The position numbers and the translations under genes are program-made. A DNA stretch of 26,698 nucleotides from an uncultured bacterium (GTDB lineage: Bacteria > Zixibacteria > MSB-5A5 > GN15 > FEB-12), in contig CBDUZQ010000001.1 in assembly GCA_965371755.1 (NCBI GenBank), forward strand, positions 1-26,698, given 5' to 3'. The notes under the pieces are model-generated. The model did not search any database. It was not told the origin of the DNA and saw only the letters and a list, made by a program, of their open reading frames with translations. Numbering within the stretch: position 1 is the stretch's first letter; each line of letters starts with the position of its first letter. Below are positions 20,556-26,698 of the stretch, in pieces.

Positions 20556-21782
20556 TTATTGCCTCACGATCTCGATTACCGACATGCGGGCCGCCTGCGT
20601 CGCCGGATACAGCGCGGCCAGGTAACAGATGACTACTGCGGCGCTACCAGCGGCGACGAAATCGACCAGTCGCGTTTCGATCGGCAGGTAGCTGATGAAA
20701 TAGATATCCGGCGGCAGCGACACGATCTGATAACTGTTCTGCACCCACGCGGCCAGCAAAGCCAACCCCCAGCCGGCCAGCACACCTATGATGGCGATCG
20801 TCAGCCCATTGAACACGAATATCTTGCGCACCGACGAGGGCGTCAGTCCGATTGTTTTGAGAATCCCAATGTCGGATCGTTTCTCCATGGTCAACATCAC
20901 CAGGGTAGAGATTATCGAAAACGCTGCAACTACCACGATCAGGATAAATCCCAGAAAGAGAATCTTCTTCTCGATGGCAATCCAGGAGAACAGATTCTTG
21001 TGCAGAATGTTCCACGGCACTACGTCGTAGCGATAGTCGAGAAGAGAATCAATGATCGGCGCCATGCGTTCGGCCTCATAGATGTCCACCAGCTTGAGAT
21101 GCGCCGCAGTGACGGCGTCACCGGTCTTGAACAGTTTTTGCGCATCGACAAGCGCGATATAGGCCATTTGGGCATCGAATTCGTACATCCCCGTCTCTAT
21201 TATCCCGGAGATATGAAATTTGGCCACCCGCGGGCGGGTCCGTTTCTGCAAGTCCTCGCCGCGGATCGAGTAAAGCACTACCGGCTCACCGAGGTAGACA
21301 CCTAATCGTTCGGCGAGGTTGCTGCCGATGATTATGCCGGGAATGGTATCATTGTCGAGCACTACCGGTTCAAAAGAACATTCACCGACCTTCAGATCGT
21401 TGGCGAGATTGGAAGTGCGCTTCTCCGCCTCCAGATCGACGCCACGCAGTATGATACCATCGCCGGCCGACGCTGAAGAGATGGCGGCCTTGTAGTAAAT
21501 GAATGGCGACGCCGCGACCACGCCTTCGATTGACTCCAACTGCTCTACCAACTGCCGATAGTCTTCAATAAACTCGCCACGGAAGGGGAAGATCGTCACA
21601 TGTGAAGTAGTGCCGAGTAAACGCGAACGGATCTCAGCCTCGAAGCCGTTGTGCAACGACATTACAAAACAGACAACCGCTACTCCCAGTGACACGCCCA
21701 CCATCGTTATCCAGGTGGAAACGGACAAGAAGGCACGCCCGGACCTGAGGTATCGTCCTGCTATGAATGTTTCGTAGCTCAT
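20556..21782 (-). CDS. lolE: Lipoprotein-releasing ABC permease LolC/E family
   Basis: FIAGRYLRS, GVSLGVAV, SLHNGFEAEIRSRLLG, ETGMYEFD, NLFSWIAIEK, EKRSDIGILKTIG, LPPDIYFISYLP, LYPATQAARM. Start placed at ATG 21782. lolC versus lolE cannot be resolved by eye. Confidence 0.88.
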   Translation of the reverse strand: MSYETFIAGRYLRSGRAFLSVSTWITMVGVSLGVAVVCFVMSLHNGFEAEIRSRLLGTTSHVTIFPFRGEFIEDYRQLVEQLESIEGVVAASPFIYYKAAISSASAGDGIILRGVDLEAEKRTSNLANDLKVGECSFEPVVLDNDTIPGIIIGSNLAERLGVYLGEPVVLYSIRGEDLQKRTRPRVAKFHISGIIETGMYEFDAQMAYIALVDAQKLFKTGDAVTAAHLKLVDIYEAERMAPIIDSLLDYRYDVVPWNILHKNLFSWIAIEKKILFLGFILIVVVAAFSIISTLVMLTMEKRSDIGILKTIGLTPSSVRKIFVFNGLTIAIIGVLAGWGLALLAAWVQNSYQIVSLPPDIYFISYLPIETRLVDFVAAGSAAVVICYLAALYPATQAARMSVIEIVRQ

Positions 21783-21961
21783 GCGATCTATCATCTCTCG
21801 ATCTAACAGGGCTACGGCTGCCCTGGTTCCAAGTCACCGACGGACGCAAGATAGCGTGCGTATGAACCCAAAGGCAACAACTTTGGCAGAACGATCACGA
21901 CCACCGAAAGCGACTGAATTGGAAACCGGTCAAAAGAGGACGAGTATAGTGATGTCAAAGC

Positions 21962-21996
21962 TTGACGCCTCGGTAGCGACAACTATCTTGTCGCTA
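21962..21996 (+). promoter_or_regulatory. Putative promoter overlapped by a 9-bp inverted repeat (candidate operator)
   Basis: TTGACG-16 bp-TATCTT (21962-21989). TAGCGACAA-ctatc-TTGTCGCTA (21974-21996) spans the -10. Confidence 0.5.
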
Positions 21997-22034
21997 GTGC
22001 AGTTCGAGAAAGTTCTCAGGAAAGGAGCCCTTCA

Positions 22035-22331
22035 ATGTGGCAGATCGACCAACAGAAAGTGATTGTAAGCGGAACTCAGGAGCGATCCGTCAGGATTCGT
22101 ATCGATACCCTGGCATGGAATTCCGCCGATGAACGGAGCCGGCAGGCGGCTCAGCGCATCCTTGGAGGTCTTACCATCCAGCATGGCCGCCTTGGTGCGA
22201 TCCAGACTGACTTACAGTTCAATGTCACGCAGCATCGGTGGATGTTAAACACGGGCGAGGGTCATCTGTTTGAGACCACGACCTACGATCGTGCCGACGC
22301 CGACGAGATGGATTTTACTTACTGGCGATAG
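22035..22331 (+). CDS. Small hypothetical protein (98 aa)
   Basis: Strong RBS aggaaaggag before the ATG. Fills the gap between lolE and proS. No family recognised. Confidence 0.65.
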   Translation: MWQIDQQKVIVSGTQERSVRIRIDTLAWNSADERSRQAAQRILGGLTIQHGRLGAIQTDLQFNVTQHRWMLNTGEGHLFETTTYDRADADEMDFTYWR

Positions 22332-22496
22332 CGCCTAACACCCAAAGCAAGTGCAGGTCAGGAGTCTTGTGCCGAAGGTCCGCCGTTGGCGGGCTCCCGG
22401 CTCTTGCTGTGTCAGGTCCACACGAGACCCGGCTTTCAATGATCCGTAGCAGATGTGGATATCTGCCGCGCACAAACAGATGGATACTAACATACG

Positions 22497-24023
22497 ATGA
22501 GCGCAAAGAAGTTTCAGAATGCGATTGCACCGACAAGACAGGAAGACTACCCCGAATGGTACCAACAGGTCATCAAGGCTGCGGACATGGCCGAGATGTC
22601 CAGCGTGCGCGGATGCATGGTTATCAAGCCATGGGGTTACGGCATCTGGGAGAAAATTCAGCGAGGTATGGATGACCTTATCAAAGAAACCGGTCACGAG
22701 AACGCATACTTCCCGCTGTTCATTCCGCTGAGCTTCATGGAACTTGAGGCGGGACACGTCGAAGGTTTCGCCAAGGAATGCGCCATTGTTACTCACCACC
22801 GACTGGTCGAAAAAGACGGACACCTGGTGCCTGCCGGCGAGCTTGAGGAACCGTTGATTGTGCGACCGACTTCCGAGACGATCATCGGGCGATCATTCGC
22901 CAAGTGGATCCAGTCCTATCGTGACCTGCCACTTCTGATCAACCAGTGGGCCAATATCGTCCGCTGGGAGATGCGGCCAAGGATATTCCTGCGTACGACT
23001 GAGTTCCTCTGGCAGGAGGGCCACACTGCGCATTCGACGGAAAAAGAGGCGATGGAAGAGACGTTGATGATTCTCGACAAGGTGTATCGTACCTTTGTCG
23101 AAGAAACGCTGGCTATTCCGGTGATTGTAGGCGAGAAGACACCAGCCGAGCGGTTCCCCGGCGCGGTAAATACTTACTGTCTCGAGGCGATGATGCAGGA
23201 CCGCAAGGCGCTTCAGGCCGGTACCTCCCACTATCTGGGCCAGAATTTTTCGCGCGCCTTTGAGGTTCAGTTTTCCAACCAGGCCGGTGAGCAGGAACTG
23301 GCCTACACCACCTCGTGGGGTGTCTCCAGTCGTTTGATCGGCGCCTTGGTCATGGTGCACTCCGACGATGACGGTTTGCGGCTGCCGCCCAAAGTGGCGC
23401 CGAAACAGGTGGTGATTATTCCGATGCTCAACAAGCCGGGTGAGGAAGAGGCCATTATGGCCTACTCCAACGCCGTTGCAGACGATATTCGCAAGCAGAG
23501 TTGGGCCGGTGCGCCGGTGTCGGTGTTGGTTGATAAGCGCGACATACGCCCGGTCGACAAGAAGTGGCAGTGGGTCAAGCGCGGCGCGCCGATCCGGCTG
23601 GAGATTGGTGCTCGCGACATGGAAGCCAACGCTGTCTTCATGGGTCGCCGCGACCGTAGTCTCAAAGCGGCTGAGTCGATCAACAGAGATCAAGTCGCCG
23701 ATCTCGTGGTTTCATCCTTGACGGAGATTCAGAACAATTTGTATACCCAGGCCAAGGCGCTGCTTGACGAATACACCTATACCAATATCACCGACTACGC
23801 TGCTTTTGAATCGTTCTTTACGCCGGAGAATGCGGAAAAGCCGGAGATCCATGGCGGCTTTGTCCGCGCCAAATACTGCGACAACCCCGACTGCGAAGAT
23901 AAAGCTGCGGCGCTGAAAGTAACCATCCGCTGCCTGCCACTCGACCAGAGCGGCAGCGAGGGCAAGTGCGTCATCTGCGGCGGTTCAGCCACCACCGACG
24001 CTGTATGGGCCAAGGCGTACTGA
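22497..24023 (+). CDS. proS: Proline--tRNA ligase, archaeal/eukaryote-like type
   Basis: DYPEWYQQV, VRGCMVIKPWGY, GFAKEC, RPTSET, SYRDLPLLINQWAN, EFLWQEGHT, QAGTSHYLGQNF, TSWGVSSR, C-terminal Cys cluster; no INS editing insertion. Confidence 0.97.
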   Translation: MSAKKFQNAIAPTRQEDYPEWYQQVIKAADMAEMSSVRGCMVIKPWGYGIWEKIQRGMDDLIKETGHENAYFPLFIPLSFMELEAGHVEGFAKECAIVTHHRLVEKDGHLVPAGELEEPLIVRPTSETIIGRSFAKWIQSYRDLPLLINQWANIVRWEMRPRIFLRTTEFLWQEGHTAHSTEKEAMEETLMILDKVYRTFVEETLAIPVIVGEKTPAERFPGAVNTYCLEAMMQDRKALQAGTSHYLGQNFSRAFEVQFSNQAGEQELAYTTSWGVSSRLIGALVMVHSDDDGLRLPPKVAPKQVVIIPMLNKPGEEEAIMAYSNAVADDIRKQSWAGAPVSVLVDKRDIRPVDKKWQWVKRGAPIRLEIGARDMEANAVFMGRRDRSLKAAESINRDQVADLVVSSLTEIQNNLYTQAKALLDEYTYTNITDYAAFESFFTPENAEKPEIHGGFVRAKYCDNPDCEDKAAALKVTIRCLPLDQSGSEGKCVICGGSATTDAVWAKAY

Positions 24024-24074
24024 TCAAACACCAGGCGTCTTCCGGCTGTAACGTAGGAGCGTGAATCAAGCATC

Positions 24075-24103
24075 AAAAAGGCGAGCCTTGCGGCTCGCCC
24101 TTT
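24075..24103. terminator. Bidirectional terminator between proS and the convergent membrane-protein gene
   Basis: aaaaa-ggcgagcc-ttgc-ggctcgcc-cttt. Confidence 0.8.
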
Positions 24104-24149
24104 CAAGTTTACTGCGAACTTCGATTCGCTAAAAGAACTGGTCTACCCG

Positions 24150-24569
24150 TCACCCCACGTGCGTTGGTTCGCGAGTGTCGATCTGGTCGGAGGTGGGAAG
24201 AGGGCCGGATGATCCACCGCTGAAAGCCATCACGCCGATAGCCACGAAATTCAAGAACGGCAGCAGCATCAGGACACCCCAAATGCCGGAATGCCCGGCC
24301 GCTTTTGCTACTTCAACCCACAAAAGAGCCCAGGCGGCCAGGGAGATGATCGGGATGAAGCAAAGCAGAGCCCAAAACCACGCCTTACCTGCCATCCTAG
24401 TCAGCAGGAACAGGTTCATGATTGGGATCCATGACCACCATGCCTGGTCGGCACAGCCAACCTTCTGAGCGATCTTATACTGGGCGTAGGCGAAGTAGCA
24501 GTAGATGGCCAGGATAGCCAACACCGCGGCTATACTTATTCCACCGCCGTCATAGCCAGGTTCGTACAT
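24150..24569 (-). CDS. Small integral membrane protein (DUF5684-like)
   Basis: RBS aggagg. KIAQKVG...AWWSWIPIMNLF...AGK, with repeated IP..N motifs at helix boundaries. Confidence 0.75.
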   Translation of the reverse strand: MYEPGYDGGGISIAAVLAILAIYCYFAYAQYKIAQKVGCADQAWWSWIPIMNLFLLTRMAGKAWFWALLCFIPIISLAAWALLWVEVAKAAGHSGIWGVLMLLPFLNFVAIGVMAFSGGSSGPLPTSDQIDTREPTHVG

Positions 24570-24839
24570 AACGTCCTCCTGTGTTAGAAAAACACGGTTG
24601 AGACTGTTGGGATTTCTTTCGATCTGCTATCTAATCCTATGTCGACCGATCCGGCCATTTTCTTTACAATTATGTGAAGGCCTAAGGTGCTGGTGGGCAA
24701 GAGCTTGTGTATGTGGTGGCTCGAAGGGCCGGCCTGTGGGCGAAATCGAAGGGTATTCGCTCCTTACTTGGTGCCGCGCGTCCAGTTGGCATCTGCTTTC
24801 CTCTTGTAAATAGCCACGGTGTGGCCTATCTTGGCCGCC

Positions 24840-26009
24840 ATGAATATCGTCAAAGACAAGATTCAGCAAGTCAACCGGCTGCTGGAGGAGCTTCAAATAG
24901 ATATGTGGCTGGTTGCCGTGCGCGAGACGTCAATCATGGCCGACCCGGTGCTGGCCCTGGTGATCGGCCATGATGTCACCTGGCAGTCGTTTTTCTTCTA
25001 CACGCGCAAGGGCGACGCCATTGCGCTGATCGGGAATCTCGACGAAGAGAATTTCAAGCGTAGCGGCTGTTTCACCGAGGTGGTGACTTACACCGAGGGA
25101 GTGCGCGAGGATTTCCGCAGGCTGGTCACGCGGCTGGACCCGAAGTCGATAGCCGTCAATTATTCCCAGGACAATCCCGCCGCCGATGGTCTGACTCACG
25201 GCATGTATTTGACATTGCTCGACTATCTATCCGACACACCCTACGTCGATCGGATAATATCTGCCGAAACTGTCTGCACCAAACTTCGCAGCCGCAAACT
25301 CGATTCTGAAATCGAGTTGGTTTCCCGCGCCACTGTGTTGGCGGACGACGCGTTCAAGGCAGCTACTGATAAGATCACACTCGGCATGACCGAGAAAGAG
25401 ATCGCGGCTGTGATCGACTCAGAGATCGCCAACCGCGGCGTCGCGAATTCATTTGATACTATCGTCAACGCCGGCGACAAGACTTCACCCGGGCACGGCT
25501 TACCGACCGAGGCCAAACTTGAGGCCGGGGATCTCCTCCATGTCGATTTCGGAGCGCAGGTCGAGGGATACTGTTCCGACTTGCAGCGGTTGGTTTACTT
25601 CCTCAGACCGGGGGAGAGCGCGCCACCGCAAAACCTGAAAGATGCGTTCGAGACAGTGCGCGATATCATCACCGAGGCAGCCGGATGTACCCAGCCCGGT
25701 GTCAGAGGTTTTGAGATCGATGCCGTTGCACGGGAGATGCTGCTCGACAATGGTTATCCTGTGTACCAGCACGCGCTTGGTCACCAGTTAGGCCGCGGGG
25801 TGCATGACGGCGGCGCGCTCATCGGGCCCAAGTGGGAACGCTATGGCAGGTCGCCGACGATCGAACTTGAAGCGGGAAACATATTCACGTTGGAACTGGA
25901 AATCAATCTGTCCGGTATCGGCTGTGTCGGGTTGGAGGAAGATGTACTGATCACGCAAGGCGAAGCGAGGTTCTTGTGTCCGCGACAGATGGAGCTAACT
26001 GCGAAATGA
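24840..26009 (+). CDS. M24 family Xaa-Pro peptidase
   Basis: GHG, LLHVDFGA, YCSDLQR, HALGHQLGRGVHD, FTLELE, VGLEEDV: the pita-bread metal ligands. Start placed at ATG 24840. Confidence 0.92.
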   Translation: MNIVKDKIQQVNRLLEELQIDMWLVAVRETSIMADPVLALVIGHDVTWQSFFFYTRKGDAIALIGNLDEENFKRSGCFTEVVTYTEGVREDFRRLVTRLDPKSIAVNYSQDNPAADGLTHGMYLTLLDYLSDTPYVDRIISAETVCTKLRSRKLDSEIELVSRATVLADDAFKAATDKITLGMTEKEIAAVIDSEIANRGVANSFDTIVNAGDKTSPGHGLPTEAKLEAGDLLHVDFGAQVEGYCSDLQRLVYFLRPGESAPPQNLKDAFETVRDIITEAAGCTQPGVRGFEIDAVAREMLLDNGYPVYQHALGHQLGRGVHDGGALIGPKWERYGRSPTIELEAGNIFTLELEINLSGIGCVGLEEDVLITQGEARFLCPRQMELTAK

Positions 26010-26698
26010 GAACGGTTGCCTCGATAATTCTGATGATCCTTTTGGCGAGCTTCGGCTGCGGACCGCCCCAGCCCGGAGTGGAGCAACGGGCGACGTGTCG
26101 GCCAGAGGCTCCGACTATTGAGGCCGGCGATGGAGCTATGACGATAGCTTGGGAAGTGGAATGTCCGCGGTTGATCAGCGGATATAATATCTACATAAAT
26201 GAACAGCCGCTGTCAGGAGACGACTCCCAGCCGTTCAACGCCACGGTATACCCCGGTGACACTGATCCCGACGACGGTGTCGTGCAGTATGATGCTCAGG
26301 GACTCGACAACGGTGTAAGGTACTATGTCTCGGCGCGCGTAGTCTTCCCGGACCAATCCCTGTCGGCGCCGTCAGTCGAGGTGGCGGCCGTCTGTGGACC
26401 GCGCGGCGAGATTGAGTTGGCCACGCGATACAGTTCCGAGCAGGATGGTTATTCGTTTGCTCAAAACCAGTATGTGCGCGCCGATGATCTGAACAACGAT
26501 CTGTATTTCTATTCTAAGGACGGGACCGACTATCTCGCTTCACCCATCCGACTGGACGGCTTCCTGCGCAACAACCGATTCATGCGACTCTCGGTCAACG
26601 GAGATCTGGAGACGGCAAAACATCAACTGGCCTCAATCGACAGCGAACCCAGGGACGACCGAGTGGCTGTCCGCGAAGGAGATTGGGTCTGGATCGTC
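26006..26698 (+). CDS. Lipoprotein with FN3-like domain, 3'-truncated (absent from the ORF track)
   Basis: ATGA overlap with the M24 stop. My translation MRTVASIILMILLASFG|C gives a lipobox, then TIAWEV..GYNIY..GLDNGVRYYVSARVV. Frame is open to the window end (231 codons). Confidence 0.8.
   Translation, partial: MRTVASIILMILLASFGCGPPQPGVEQRATCRPEAPTIEAGDGAMTIAWEVECPRLISGYNIYINEQPLSGDDSQPFNATVYPGDTDPDDGVVQYDAQGLDNGVRYYVSARVVFPDQSLSAPSVEVAAVCGPRGEIELATRYSSEQDGYSFAQNQYVRADDLNNDLYFYSKDGTDYLASPIRLDGFLRNNRFMRLSVNGDLETAKHQLASIDSEPRDDRVAVREGDWVWIV

Noticed and set aside
21927-21945. CtsR box upstream of the lol-mcs-clpC genes
   Set aside because: Only one GGTCAAA half-site, with no second heptad at the right spacing, and it is oriented away from the operon.
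22332-22496. T-box, SRP RNA, cobalamin or guanidine-I riboswitch upstream of proS
   Set aside because: Only fragments match (gtcaggtcc without GNRA-GGAAGCAG; gccgggag without the ykkC 5' core); no GGTGGnACCGCG T-box.

Overview
GC-rich bacterial chromosomal window from a probably anaerobic diderm (it has PFOR, Lol and Mla genes; the gene content would fit a Zixibacteria-like lineage, but that is an untested guess). Most of it is housekeeping: 3' part of pyruvate:ferredoxin/flavodoxin oxidoreductase, a ThiI/MnmA-like PP-loop thiolase, mlaE-mlaF-mlaD, pcrA/uvrD, a stand-alone rpmA, lolC/E-lolD-mcsA-mcsB-clpC, archaeal/eukaryote-type proS, an M24 peptidase and a truncated lipoprotein. Three accessory spots stand out. 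(1) 2.4-4.3 kb: an exosortase H module, made of xrtH, an overlapping exosortase-like gene that lacks the catalytic Cys, and a convergent 81-aa IPTL-CTERM protein with only about 20 residues between signal peptide and sorting signal. (2) 4.3-6.6 kb: an ANT(4')/kanamycin-nucleotidyltransferase homolog between two SAM methyltransferases. (3) 11.9-12.8 kb: a small GIY-YIG nuclease gene flanked by two direct-repeat cassettes; each cassette is an inverted pair of CGTC-tagged REP-like hairpins followed by a one-sided 22-23 bp tandem array. Region 3 is the best candidate for an under-described mobile or selfish system. No rRNA, tRNA or CRISPR array was found. Product calls rest on motif recognition by eye, with no database search.
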